Shown: one piece after another, positions 36,013 through 49,985 of the stretch
Layout: every line of letters begins with the position of its first letter
Numbering within the stretch: position 1 is the stretch's first letter
Source: Macrostomum lignano
Lineage: Eukaryota
Assembly (NCBI GenBank): GCA_002269645.1
Contig: NIVC01002422.1
Span: 38,583-102,582 of the forward strand
Reading direction: 5' to 3'
Length of the DNA: 64,000 nt
Position numbers and translations under genes: made by a program
The notes under the pieces: generated by a model
The model's input: only the letters and a program-made list of their open reading frames with translations
What the model was told of the DNA's origin: nothing
Databases searched by the model: none

Positions 36013-37549
36013 TTCAGTCATTAGCTGCACTCAGAAAGGTTCAGTGTGGTAGCAATTGATCCCCAAATTGGTTTTTCTGATTCTCCCAGCAACTCATTCC
36101 AATGCCCAGAGCGCACTCGGCTCAGTGTGTCTTCCCGCCTCAATTTATCAAGTTTGCTCTGCGGGAGGAAGGCAGAATGGGGTGCCTGTGGGAGATTCGG
36201 GTCCCCGAGGGACTCTCCAAAGCGCAGTTTGGGTGTCGGAGTGCAACAGGCCCTGAGAAGCCGGCGGGAGGGAGGCTGAGGCTGAGCATCTGCTCCATCA
36301 GGTCCTCAGCCTTCGCTCCTTTGAGGCCCGAATCCCAACTCTGTGGTGGCGAATGCGACTTCACAGAATTCTCATTTAGCCACCCCTCCCCCCTCGTCCC
36401 ATCGGGAGCTGCTCTGTGGGGCGGGTTACGCAACCAGCAGCGGTTGCAGCTTAAGCAGGCCGATCTTCTTTGATGGCTAAATTGGAAGGCCCAGAGGAGA
36501 AATTGTAGCGATTCAACAATCGACGATGCGATCGATTCTCTCGTGTCTCCCCAGGCCGCTCGGCCGGTACTGTATGTAGCCATTTTAAGCGGGCTCTTTG
36601 AGCAGGAAATCAGTCACTATTACCCAGGACTTGAGCTGTTAAGTGTTATCCTCAATTTGGTGACGAGAATTTTCTATGTTTCCCTTGTTTAGTTCAAGAA
36701 GTTGCTAGGGGCATCGTATTAGGGCGTTTTATCTTTTAAATAGTTTTTTGTTTCAATTTCATTTTCCTCTTTCTATCTGAGCCAGCCGACCTCAATTACC
36801 TCAACCGATAGCATGAGCTGCGTAGATTTGGTCTATTGCAGAATAAACACCCTGGGTGTGCAGTCCCGCTTGAAGCAACTCCCGAGTCCCTCCCTCTGTT
36901 CACGGAGAGAGTTGAAGTTTCTTACTTGCTCAAACTAGGCAACCCTCTCGCCCGGCCTTAACGAGTTTTCAATGCATTGATTATTAATCACTCGTTCGCT
37001 CAACCCCTCTTTTCCCTCTTAACTCTCTCTGGCGCGCAACTTGGCTCAGGGGCAAAATTTAGACCCCGCCCTGCTCCCAATCGAGTCTTTCAATCTCAGC
37101 CTCATCCCCTCTCCCTCCAAAAAAACTGTCTTCTCTCTTGAAGACGTCATTTTTTCTTCTTAAGAAATATTTTTGTCTTCCCATTCCGACACAGGATGCT
37201 GGCCATCAGCTGTCTCCGCCTCGCCTTCGGCTGATAAATTAATAATCGGCTGTCTCAACTCTTTTGTGTGTGCGAAGAAATTTGTGTTTTTTTTACATTT
37301 TAACACAGATAAAGAGCGACCGATGCATGCAGATACGAGCATAGTGCTGAGCGGTGCCCCAACTGTGCAACCAATGCATTATTAATGCCCTTGCAGCACA
37401 CCAGTTCGAGCTGGACTGTTGGTCAATACCGTCAGTGGCGTCTGGCGAGATCTTTGAACTGCTTTCAGCTGCAGTTCCACGCGTTTGCTTCGCCTGTTGC
37501 ACGCTGTATCAGCCTTGTGTGCTTTTCCATGGGGACAGCCGTGCTTATC

Positions 37550-38400
37550 ATGCGGAAATCAGCGCCTTCCTGACTCAGAAATCGACGCCTCCTTGACAGA
37601 GAACTCAGCGCCTTCCTGCCTCAGAAATCGGCGCCTTCCTAACTCACAAATTGGCGCCTCCCTGACTGAGAAGTCGGCGCCTCCCTGACTCAAAAATCGG
37701 CGCCCTGCTGACACAGAAATCAGCGCCTCCCTGACTCAGAAATCGGTGCCTTCCTGACTCAGAAATCGGTGCCTTCCTGACTCAGAAATCGACGCCTTCC
37801 TGACTCAGAAATCGACGCCTCCTTGACAGAGAACTCAGCGCCTTCCTGCCTCAGAAATCGGCGCCTTCCTAACTCACAAATTGGCGCCTCCCTGACTGAG
37901 AAGTCGGCGCCTCCCTGACTCAAAAATCGGCGCCCTGCTGACACAGAAATCAGCGCCTCCCTGACTCAGAAATCGGTGCCTTCCTGACTCAGAAATCGGT
38001 GCCTTCCTGACTCAAAAATCGGCGCCCTGCTGACACAGAAATCAGCGCCTCCCTGACTCAGAAATCGGTGCCTTCCTGACTCAGAAATCGGTGCCTTCCT
38101 GACTCAGAAATCGGTGCCTTCCTGACTCAGAAATCGGCGCCTTCCTGACTCAGAAATCGGTGCCTTCCTGACTCAGAAATCGGTGCCTTTCTGACTCAGA
38201 AATCGGTGCCTTCCTGACTCAGAAATCGGCGCCTTCCTGACTCAGAAATCGGCGCCTCCCTGATACGAAAATCTGCGCCTTCCTGACTCACAAATTGGTG
38301 CCTCCCTGACTCAAAAATCGGCGCCTTCCTGACACAGAAATCGGCGCCTTCCAAACTCAGAAACTCAGAAATCGGCTCTTTGATAACAGAAATCAGCACA
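37550..38400. repeat. 23-bp minisatellite (CAGAAATCGGTGCCTTCCTGACT) with a 230-bp higher-order duplication
   Basis: The variant GACGCCTCCTTGACAGAGAACTC recurs at 37584 and 37814 (10 units apart). Confidence 0.92.
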
Positions 38401-38887
38401 TTCCAAAGCTAGACCACGTGATGCCGGTATCTTTGACCAGACCGAATTCTTTTTGACATTTTGGCGAATGCGTGCTTTCATGTTGATAAACCTGGTGTCA
38501 GACTTGATCGACTTAACAGAGAGCAGCTTGCGGGGGGTCAGTAGAAGGCATCATCATCAATCTTCGAATTGGTATTCGACTGCCTGCTGAAGTTTTCTGA
38601 CGGGTTGGGCTGGTTTGGGCTGGTTTGGGCTGGGTTCGGGGCTTAATTGGAAGGGGCTTTGGTTGCCCTTTATTCCAGATCCCTGAGTATGACGATTAGA
38701 GAATCAAAGGGCCGCTGTACACCCTGTGTGAGCGTGTGGATGATTGCGCACCTGTGTACAGTATTGGCGCGCTTTTGGAGATGCTCAAGAGTCAGCGATG
38801 TTTGCGAGACGACATTGTCAGCAGCGCTCCGGGGAATATAATTTATTCTTTTTCAGTCAGTAACTAGCCAAGAAGTTTACTCTGCAT

Positions 38888-38889
<2 letters not shown>

Positions 38890-38972
<83 letters not shown>
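38890..38972. repeat. (GA)n microsatellite
   Basis: Direct sequence. Confidence 0.95.
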
Positions 38973-38975
<3 letters not shown>

Positions 38976-40249
38976 AAGGCAAAGAGGTCAAGCAGGCAGT
39001 TCTATACTCGTACACGGTCAAACTGTGGGCAATTTCGGAATTCCACATTGTATCCGGGCGCAGCTTGGCAAATCTCCACTCCTCCTTCTTCCCAAAAACT
39101 CCGCATCCCCATCCAAGCCACTTCTCTGCTGCCCTCCCCTCCCCCAGTGTTGTCAATCAGGTGTCTGCATGCAGCTGCGCCAAAAAGGTGCTAAGTCGGA
39201 AACTACGTCCGTCTGTCCGTTTTAACCTAACCCTTCCCTACCTGCCTCGGGATTCCACCTGAAGCTGCTCCCCAGCATAAGCCTAATAACCTCGAAACGC
39301 ATAATTTGACCAATCAAGAAGGCATCTCCGGCATTGGCTAGGAAACAGTTGGGCTGCAACTGCACTGAATATCAACCAACTGACCAGAATCTGCCGGGGT
39401 ACCTGGATACCCAATAGATTGTTATTCGTCTATAGAAAACACCTGTCTATTGCTTGCGCTGCTTGTTTGCTGTGGGATTTACATTTTGTTTACAGCTAGT
39501 TGCTGGGGACGGGGAGAGGGGCTGAGAACTGCCGCTTTAAATGATAGACTTTGCTAGAATTGCATACTATAACAAAAATATCTGTAGGGTTGTGGGCGCC
39601 TTCGGTGACATGGTCCCACAACCAGTGCTGACGGCAATGCTGCCCATTCCGCAGACTCCTGAACACAAACGAAATCAGAAGGGCGCCTATTGAAGGCTTC
39701 ATAAGTCTATTCAATGCGTATTATAATTTCAATTGGGGTTGAGCAGTCAGCATCATAGCCAACAAAGTAAATCGTGTACTTCAAGACAGCAGCAAAAGCG
39801 AAAGAAATGAGCGGCTCAACTTGCCTGATGCCCAAGTGAGGGGTGAGGAGTTTAGTGGAAATAATGAGGATTTCTCTGAAGATTTCACAACATGCCGATC
39901 CTACATGTGCTCTAGAGGGGAATTCTCATCATCACAAGCTGCTCGAGGCTTAGGGGATCTTTGCCTGACGCTTAGGGCGCGCGTGGTTACTAATCCCGGT
40001 CTGGGGGTGGGGGCGATTAAGTGACACAAGCAAGCGCTCGGCCGGACGGTGCGGAAGCTCTTCAGCCGCAAAGAGGACTGTGCAAGAGCAACCACACGCT
40101 TGTGAAATATGACTGATGGATAGAATGAGTTTCAAAGTGTCGGTTTGAAGTGGCCATACTAAGCTGTTAAAGCTAATTACTGAATTATTTGCTGAGCTAA
40201 TCGTTATTGAAAAGTATGTAGCAAATATGACTTTGCCCTTGCGCTATTG

Positions 40250-41230
40250 AGAGAGAGGGGATAGATTTGGGAGAGAAGAAGAGACGTAGAGATAGAGAGG
40301 GACAGTGGAAGGAAATTTAGAGAGGAGAGAGGAGGGAAAGTCAGAGAGGGAGAGGAAGATGGAGAAAGGGAGAAAGGGAGAGGACAAGAGGGAGACAGAG
40401 AGAGGGGAGTCCAAGAGGGAGAAGAGGGAGAAAGAGAGGGGAGGGAGAAGGAGAGGGGAGGGAGAAGGAGAGGGGAGGGAGAAGGAGAGGGGAGGGAGAA
40501 GGAGAGGGGAGGGAGAAGGAGAGGGGAGGGAGAAGGAGAGGGGAGGGAGAAGGAGAGGGAGGGAGAAGGAGAGGGGAGGGAGAAGGAGAGGGGAGGGAGA
40601 AGGAGAGGGGAGGGAGAAGGAGAGGGGAGGGAGAAGGAGAGGGGAGGGAGAAGGAGAGGGGAGGGAGAAGGAGAGGGGAGGGAGAAGGAGAGGGGAGGGA
40701 GAAGGAGAGGGGAGGGAGAAGGAGAGGGGGGAGAAGGAGAGGGGAGGGAGAAGGAGAGGGGAGGGAGAAGGAGAGGGGAGGGAGAAGGAGAGGGGAGGGA
40801 GAAGGAGAGGGGAGGGAGAAGGAGAGGGGAGGGAGAAGGAGAGGGGAGGGAGAAGGAGAGGGGAGGGAGAAGGAGAGGGGAGGGAGAAGGAGAGGGAAAG
40901 GGAGAGGGAGAGGTAGAGGGAGAGGTAGAGGGAGAGGGGGGTGGGGAGAGGGAGAGGAATAGGAAGGGAGAGGAGAGGAAAGGCAGAGGTAGAGGTGGAG
41001 GTAAAGGTAGAGGAAGAGGTAGAGGGAGAGGGGGGTGGGGAGAGGGAGAGGAATAGGAAGGGAGAGGAGAGGAAAGGCAGAGGTAGAGGTGGAGGTAAAG
41101 GTAGAGGAAGAGGTAGAGGGAGAGGGGGGTGGGGAGAGGGAGAGGAATAGGAAGGGAGAGGAGAGGAAAGGCAGAGGTAGAGGTGGAGGTAAAGGTAGAG
41201 GGAGATGTAGAAAGAGAGGGAAAGGAAGAG
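40250..41230. repeat. Polypurine satellite (GGAGAGGGGAGGGAGAA 17-mer and ~60-bp repeats)
   Basis: Direct sequence. Confidence 0.92.
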
Positions 41231-41889
41231 AGTGGCGGTGAGGAGTGGACAAGAGCCAGGAGTCGGGTCGGCACGCAGCAGCCTTGAGGCACCAGTTCAC
41301 TCGCTCAGGCCAGCTCGGTCCGTGAAGGCAGCTTCAGTCAACCCTTCAGTGGCAGCAGCCGCAATAATAAATACTCCAAGCGCAGCGTTCGGGGGAAAGT
41401 AGAATCCGTGACTGAAAATCGGGAGACTATACAATACTTGTGGAAACCTGATGGCGTAGAGATGCTGGAGTGTCCAAAAAGAATTTTGCATTGCCCGCCC
41501 ACCGCCTGCTGCTGTATGGGATATTTGGTGAATTTTAATTTACACTGGGCAGTTGGTGTTCACTGCCCTCTGGGGGCAGCAGTTTAGGGGGAGGGGGGGG
41601 GGGTGCTTACGACTGGCTTATTGTCCCAACCAAGCGCTTCTGCTGGTTGCTTCAAAACTAGCATTGTATGGAAGAAGAGTGTCCTTTCAGCTTTGCTTGG
41701 TGTGGTGTGTTTTTTTGCCAACCACCGGGGTGCGCATGAAACTAGCAAAATACCGCAGGCTGGGATGTCCGTTGATGATACTCGAGAGTTTAACAGAGCA
41801 AAACTTTGCAAACACGAGAAACTTACAAAAATATATATTTGATCACAGACGGAATGACCGGACAGACATGAAGTTCAATAAAAACGAAA

Positions 41890-42180
41890 GCTTGAGAAGA
41901 ACTCGAAACTTCACCAAAAGTAGAAACTCGACAAGAAACCCGAAACTCGACAAAAAGCCCGAAACTCGACAAAGAATCCGAAACTCGACAAAAAGTTCGA
42001 AACTCAACAAAAAACCCGAAACTCGACAAGAAACCAGAAACTCGAAGAAAACCCGAAAATCGACAAGAAACCCGAAACTTGACAGAAAACCCAAAACTCG
42101 ACCAAAAGACACGAAACTCGACAAGTAACCCGAAACTCAACAAAAAGCCCGAAACTTAACAAAAACCCGAAACTCGGGGC
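41890..42180. repeat. Degenerate ~20-bp minisatellite (CCCGAAACTCGACAAGAAA)
   Basis: Tandem units. Confidence 0.85.
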
Positions 42181-43089
42181 CTGTGTACTTAGCACTGACA
42201 AATACAAAGCGATATCACGGATTTTGCAAACGATCGCCACAGGGGAACAGATGTCACTCGCCAGTGCATGTCTGGTCTTACGTGGGTGGAACGCCTAGCA
42301 ACCGAAGGGGGCACTCAGGGCCGAGCAGAATGCAGTCTCGCATTTAGCAAATAAAAATAAAACACGTTCCCATCATCCCGGGCCACGCTGCTGCAAATTA
42401 GGGAAGAATACGGAGGGATTCGCGGGTCTGAATTTTCCTTACTTTTTCTCTACGAAGCGTAAACAGGAGGGCTGGGGAGGCGATATGGATAGATGGGAAG
42501 AGGGATTAGGATAAGGGGAGGTGTTTGCCCATACGGGATCAGGCTAGGCAGTTGACAATGGATGGCATGATGCCCCCGCTGCAGGGAAGGAGGAGGCAGA
42601 GGAAAACATTGGCAGATTTGGGGATCCGGGAAGCTCTATGGCTAAGCCAGTAAAATATCCCATGCAGCAATGAGTGGTTGGAACAGCAGCGGTGTGGCAG
42701 GAGGTGATAGCAATGCCCCCTGCTGATTGTCACACAATCGCTCTGTTTGGGCTTAGGGGTTAGAATTTCAAACCGAACCGAACCGAGTGTCGGGCCCAGA
42801 GAGGCCTGTGCAACAGTTTAAAACAAAGACTGACTGACTCAGACTGGAATTCAACAAGTTAAGTTATTAATTTAAACAAAAATATCCCCTTTTTCTCTTC
42901 TGCACCGGAGGAGGCGCATAGCTAGCAAATCGACAAGCTGACAGCAGCTGACACCGAGGCAGGCCAGGAAATTCTTCCCGCCAAGGACTGCTGGATACAC
43001 TTGGACCGGAAGCGAACCGAAGCCCCACCCCCAACGCAAAAAATGCTTTCTTCAGTGGCTGCGGGGCCCAGCGCCGTAAGCCCGGTGAT

Positions 43090-43390
43090 CTGGCGCGGCG
43101 ATCTGATGTGCCAGCGGCCCAGGCTCGATTCCCAGTGCAGTCACATTAATTTGGGGCTAAATTGGAATCTCGGCTTGGCTCTGCGCGTGCAATTAACGGC
43201 CTTGAGGCCCAGCCCCAAGGCGCAGTGAAGTGTACATGCCTAACGATAAATAAAGTTAGGGCCGCTGTACACTCCTGTGGGAGTGTGCCTTCTCAGGGGA
43301 GTCGGAGGAATGGGCAGTAATGCCTCTCGCCGGTTGTGTGACAGCGCCAGGGTGCACACAACCCTCGCCTCTAAAAACTAAAACTAAAAG
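43090..43390 (+). mobile_element. tRNA-type SINE, copy 3 (most complete)
   Basis: A-box-like TGGCGCGGCGA (43091), B-box-like GGCTCGATTCCC (43122), shared body, and CTAAAA-repeat tail (43371-43389). Confidence 0.75.
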
Positions 43391-44029
43391 TCTGGCCACG
43401 GGATCCAACAGTCCTTTGCTGGGCTCAGCTTTTTATTGCAGATACTTTATATGTACGCTTATGCTGTATCTAATATTCCTGCGCATTCGAGGTTTCGCCT
43501 CCAGTCCAGAAGTGCATTCAGAAGTCCCTGAACCCTCCTGTCTGTTGTCTAACCGAACGCAGGTAAACTAGCTATCTACAAAAAATAGAAAGAGAGAGAG
43601 AGAGAAGAAAAGAGGGGACTGGCAAATCGGCTTTCAATTTCCATAGTCGCTTCTCCCCTCCCAGCTCGAAACTTCACCCCACCCCTCCCCCCTCCCCCCC
43701 TAGATACCGATATCCCTCTTGCGTCTGCCCGCCCCGAGGCCCGTCAAGTGTTATGATTCTGTCAATACTATCTATCCGACCGCAAGCAGCTATTGTGCGA
43801 CAACAGGGAGTCAAGGTAAGGGTGAAAGACAGAATCTCAGTGCCCTTTAACGCGGCATGGAGTCCTAGGTGTAATGTCTAGAAAAACGAAATTAAAATCA
43901 TCGTTTTTTGTGTGTTTTCACCCACCCCAAACTTTACAGATCAAAAAAATCTCACAAACTTAACAATTCCAAAAACTTCACGATTCCACAAGCTTCCCAA
44001 TCACTCAAACTTCACAATCTTCAAGGTTT

Positions 44030-46435
44030 CACAATCCACACAGATTCACAGTCTCCAAAGATTCACAATCACCACAGATTCACAATCACCAAAGATTCAC
44101 AATCACCAAAGATTCGCAATCATCAAAGTTTCACAATCCTCAAAGATTCACAATCACCAAAGATTCATAATCACCACAGATTCACAATCACCACAGATTC
44201 ACAATCACCACAGATTCACAATCACCAAAGATTCACAATCACCAAAGATTCGCAATCATCAAAGTTTCACAATCCTCAAAGATTCACAATCACCAAAGAT
44301 TCATAATCACCACAGATTCACAATCACCACAGATTCACAATCACCAAAGATTCACAATCACCACAGATTCACAATCACCAAAGATTCACAATCATCAAAG
44401 TTTCACAATCCTCAAAGATTCACAATCCTCAAAAATTCACAATCACCACAGATTCACAATCACCAAAGATTCACAATCACCAAAAATTCGCAATCATCAA
44501 AGTTTCACAATCCTCAAAGATTCACAATCACCAAAGATTCATAATCACCACAGATTCACAATCACCACAGATTCACAATCACCAAAGATTCACAATCACC
44601 AAAGATTCACAAACCTCAAAGATTCACAATCACCAAAGATTCATAATCTCCACAGATTCACAATCACCAAAGATTCACAATCACCAAAGATTCACAATCA
44701 CCAAAGATTCACAATCCTCAAAGATTCACAATCACCAAAGATTCACAATCATCAAAGATTCACAATCACCAAAGATTCGCAATCATCAAAGTTTCACAAT
44801 CCTCAAAGATTCACAATCACCAAAGATTCACAATCCTCAAAGATTCACAATCACCAAAGATTCACAATCACCAAAGATTCATAATCACCAAAGATTCACA
44901 ATCCTCAAAGATTCACAATCACCAAAGATTCATAATCACCACAGATTCACAATCACCAAAGATTCACAATCACCACAGATTCACAATCACCAAAGATTCA
45001 CAGTCCTCAAAGATTCACAATCACCACAGATTCACAATCACCAAAGATTCACAATCACCAAAGATTCGCAATCATCAAAGTTTCACAATCCTCAAAGATT
45101 CACAATCACCAAAGATTCATAATCACCACAGATTCACAATCACCACAGATTCACAATCATCAAAGATTCACAATCACCAAAGATTCACAATCCTCAAAGA
45201 TTCACAATCACCAAAGATTCATAATCACCAAAGATTCATAATCACCACAGATTCACAATCACCAAAGATTCACAATCACCACAGATTCACAATCACCAAA
45301 GATTCACAATCCTCAAAGATTCACAATCACCAAAGATTCACAATCACCAAAGATTCACAATCCTCAAAGATTCACAATCACCAAAGATTCATAATCACCA
45401 CAGATTCACAATCACCAAAGATTCACAATTACCACAGATTCACAATCACCAAAGATTCACAATCCTCAAAGATTCACAATCACCACAGATTCACAATCAC
45501 CAAAGATTCACAATCACCAAAGATTCACAATCACCAAAGATTCACAATCCTCAAAGATTCACAATCACCAAAGATTCATAATCACCACAGATTCGCAATC
45601 ACCAAAGATTCACAATCCTCAAAGATTCACAATCACCAAAGATTCACAATCACCAAAGATTCACAATCACCAAAGATTCACAATCCTCAAAGATTCACAA
45701 TCACCAAAGATTCATAATCACCACAGATTCACAATCACCAAAGATTCACAATCACCACAGATTCACAATCACCACAGATTCACAGTCCTCAAAGATTCAC
45801 AATCACCACAGATTCACAATCACCAAAGATTCACAATCACCAAAGATTCGCAATCATCAAAGTTTCACAATCCTCAAAGATTCACAATCACCAAAGATTC
45901 ATAATCACCACAGATTCACAATCACCACAGATTCACAATCATCAAAGATTCACAATCACCAAAGATTCACAATCACCAAAGATTCACAATCCTCAAAGAT
46001 TCACAATCACCAAAGATTCATAATCACCACAGATTCACAATCACCAAAGATTCACAATTACCACAGATTCACAATCACCAAAGATTCACAATCCTCAAAG
46101 ATTCACAATCACCACAGATTCACAATCACCAAAGATTCACAATCACCAAAGATTCACAATCACCAAAGATTCACAATCCTCAAAGATTCACAATCACCAA
46201 AGATTCATAATCACCACAGATTCGCAATCACCAAAGATTCACAATCCTCAAAGATTCACAATCACCAAAGATTCACAATCACCAAAGATTCACAATCCTC
46301 AAAGATTCACAATCCTCAAAGATTCACAATCACCAAAGATTCATAATCTCCACAGATTCACAATCACCAAAGATTCACAATCCTCAAAGATTCACAATCA
46401 CCAAAGATTCACAATGACCACAGATTCACAATCTA
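44030..46435. repeat. 18-bp minisatellite (AGATTCACAATCACCAAA), about 130 units
   Basis: Direct sequence. Confidence 0.97.
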
Positions 46436-46961
46436 CTATTACTATTATAATACTATTGTAAATTTTGTGGGATTTTTGGTTTTGTGCGATGGTGAATCGT
46501 TTAAGGATAGCAAATTGTGCTAGATCGAAATTTTCCATTCATAAATCTACAACCAAAAAATTTTGTACATGTTTCATTTTGCAAATAAACGCTCGCAAAG
46601 CATACTTATCGCTGGGAATCAGGTACAAAATTCCCTCTTCCCAAAATATTAGACGAAAACCCCCTCGACCAAAAAATGTTTAGTCCCCCTGCCACAACCG
46701 CTTTTCAATACGATTCCCCTCAATGGAATCCTTCAATAGAATCAGTCGCTGATTCTGGCTGCTTCCTTCAGCTCTAGCATCTCGACACGCACAGGCCACC
46801 GACACCGCCGCGTCTCTTACTCTTCCCCTCGGAGAAATATTTCTTTCAAATTCTTCCCCCTAAAGCTGGCAGAGTCTGCCTGCAACCCTCCATCGTGCAG
46901 CAAGCAATCAATGCTTTTTCCACCTCGCGTAGACCCCGCCATTGGCTGCACCTGTTTTGGT

Positions 46962-47150
46962 CACGCGATCTTTTGTCTATGGTTGAAACCCTTCTCTAGC
47001 TCCGGTCTCTCGCGCAATCTTTTGTCTATGGCGGAAACCCCCTCCTCTAGCTCCGGTCTGTCGCGCGATCTTTTGTCTATGGCTGAAACCCCTCCCTTAG
47101 CTCCGATCTCTCGCGTGATCTTCTGTCTATGGCCGAGACCCTCCGCTCGC
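46962..47150. repeat. 50-bp tandem repeat (about 3.7 units) containing TGTCTATGG
   Basis: Direct sequence. Confidence 0.85.
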
Positions 47151-47357
47151 TCTAAAATCCCATACAGCTATCCTGTCTAGTGACAGCTTATCTAGCACCG
47201 CAGGCCGCTTCAACTTGAGCCCCCCCCCCTCCTAAACCCGGCAGCATCCCCCTGTGTGTTTACCTGGCCAAGCTGGTATAAGCGGCCCGCTGTCAAGTTG
47301 AATTTGGGTTTCGCTGTCGGAGTTTTGACTGGGCAATTTTACTGGCGCAATCTGTAT

Positions 47358-47394
<37 letters not shown>

Positions 47395-47649
47395 GTGTAT
47401 ACGCAATGCGCTTTGTTTTACCCTTGGCAAGCTGAAATTGTCAGAACATACCTCTGTCGCTGCTTGTCACTGGGCCGGGGCGTCAGTCATCCATTTCCAT
47501 CATTGGAGGAGATGTCTCTATACTGTCTAGAGTCCCGAGCCTCGGTGTACTAAACGGTGTCCATTGACACTTCTCTCTGGTCTCTTTCTACCAACTAAGA
47601 AGATTTATCTGATTTACATGTATTCCCAATATCCTCTCCCCTTATCACG

Positions 47650-48090
47650 GAAGATTCCCTGATCTAATGCTTTTTCTCTTCTAATCGTCGAGAAAAATCC
47701 CCTGATCTAATACCCCTTCTCTTCACATCATCTAGAGAAAGATTCCCTGATCTAATACCTCTTCTCTTCCCGCCATCTAGAGAAAGATTCCCTGATCCAA
47801 TATCCCTTCTCTTCCCATCATCTAAAGAAAGATTCCCTGATCTAATACCCCTTCTCTTCACATCATCTAGAGAAAGATTCCCTGATCTAATACCTCTTCT
47901 CTTCCCGCCATCTAGAGAAAGATTCCCTGATCCAATATCCCTTCTCTTCCCATCATCTAAAGAAAGATTCCCTGATCTAATACCACTTCTCTTCCCATCA
48001 TCTAGAGAAAGATTCCCTGATCTAATACCCCTTTCTCTTCCCGTCATCAAGAGAAAGATTCCCTGATCTAATACCTTTTCTCTTTTCTCT
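47650..48090. repeat. 45-bp minisatellite (TTCCCTGATCTAATACCCCTTCTCTTCCCATCATCTAGAGAAAGA)
   Basis: About 9 units; source of the GIRSGNLSLDDGKRR ORF. Confidence 0.92.
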
Positions 48091-49014
48091 CTTTCGAGAG
48101 CAATTCTCTCTTTCCACAGCAGCTGTGGAGTATGCAAGACCCAATGGCCTCACAATTCATGGAATGCTCAAGAGTTGTGAGTTCACTCCGCAGAGTCCCT
48201 ACCAACCAAGCGGCAGCCGGAACCTCCTGCCTGCATTTCGCAGATTAAATCAGTTACGAGTGCAGAGCCAGCAACAAATAGAAATCGAAAATAGGCGCCC
48301 GAATTCGAAGTTGGCGCGGATTAGCCAATTAAATATTAAATCCCGGAGGCGGGGTCTGAGAGGCCCCGCTAAGTCTGCTCAGGCGAATTCGGCTTTGAGT
48401 GCGAAGGCTTTCCGATAATCACTTTGCCAGCTCCTTGCGCTTCAGTTGTTGACCCGGCCTGCCGATGAAGAGGCCGAGGGAAAAGGGGGGAGAGAGGGGG
48501 GAGCCGTCAACAAGTGGTCAACCAGCCATCCTCCCTGGGTACTTCAGACTCGGTTTGGCAGTCAAACACAGCTAAACTACAGCTTTAAAACCTGTGCTAA
48601 AGCGATAATCGAGTCTGCACTCTCAGTGACGAAGCAAAAAATTGACCATGCAAGGGAACAGAGGACGCAAACACACTTGCTCCTTCTCAACCACAAAGGA
48701 GACAGTCGAAATATGATGAAGGGAGGAAATTGAGAGAAAGTTGGACTTGGGAAATTCAATGGGAGAAACTTGCTTGCAGTCGTGTTAGTGAGGCTTGACT
48801 CCCCCTTTCCGGGTTCAACAGATCTCGAGTGGAAGCTCTCAATCATAACACTTCAGACTTTTCTCACTTCGGCAGGAACTGTGATGTAGTGCGGTACTTG
48901 AATGAAACTTATTTACAATGGGTTGGGACAGAAATTCTTTTAATGGGTTCTTTTTCATGTAACAAGTCTTGCTCCAATTTCTCAACTCCCTACCCACACG
49001 ATGACTATCTGATC

Positions 49015-49985
49015 TAGCTGTTGAATCTATGATCTAGCTATTTATATCTACTGATCTAGCTGTTATGTCTACTGATCTAGCTGTTATGTCTACTGATCTA
49101 GCTGTTATGTCTACTGATCTAGCTGTTATGTCTACTGATCTAGCTACTATATCTACAGATCTAGCTGCTATATCTACTGATCTATCTGTTATATCTACAC
49201 ATCTAGCTGTTATATCTACTGATCTAGCTGTTATATCTACTGATCTAGCTGTTATATCCACTGATCTAGCTGTTATATCTATTGATCTAGCTATCATATC
49301 TACTGATCAACCTATCATATCTACTGATCTAGTTATCATATCTACTGATCTAGTTATCATATCTACTGATCTAGTTATCATATCTACTGATCTAGTTATC
49401 AGGCTCTTCCATGAGCTGCTACCTGTGTCCTTGAGGCTCTTCCATGATGTGCTTCCCATCATGTGTGTGTGTGTGTGTGTGTGTGTGATGTGCTGGCGTT
49501 GTCCTTGAGGCTCTTCCATGATGTGCTACCCGTGTCCTTGAGGCTCTTCCATGATGTGCTACCTGTGTCCTTGAGGCTCTTCCATGATGTGCTTCCCATC
49601 ATGTGTGTGTGTGTGTGTGTGTGATGTGCTGGCGTTGTCCTTGAGGCTCTTCCATGATGTGCTACCCGTGTCCTTGAGGCTCTTCCATGATGTGCTACCC
49701 GTGTCCTTGAGGCTCTTTCATGATGTGCTACCCGTGTCCTTGAGGCTCTTCCATGAGCTACTACCCGTGTCCTTGAGGCTCTTCAACGAGCTGCAATCCA
49801 TGCTTAAGCTGTTATTTATCTACTGATCTAGCTGTTATATCTACTGATCTAGCTGTTATATCTACTGATCTAGCTGTTATATCTACTGATCTAGCTATCA
49901 TATCTACTGATTTAGCTATCATATCTACTGATCTAGCTGTTAAATATACTGATCTAGGTGGTATATCTACTGATCTAGCTAATTG
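49015..49985. repeat. 21-bp minisatellite (TCTACTGATCTAGCTGTTATA) split by a nested 33-bp array
   Basis: 21-mer units at about 49015-49400 and 49815-49985. Confidence 0.9.
49401..49814 (-). repeat. 33-bp minisatellite family, copy 2 (with (TG)n interruptions)
   Basis: Same unit in reverse; ends in TCTTCAACGAGCTGCAATCCATGCTTAAGCTGTTA (49780-49814), identical to 51401-51435. Confidence 0.9.

Noticed and set aside
36046-36583. GC-rich ORFs as the missing first exon
   Set aside because: No signal-peptide-like frame ending in a phase-1 donor was found, and none of the ORFs resembles a known protein.
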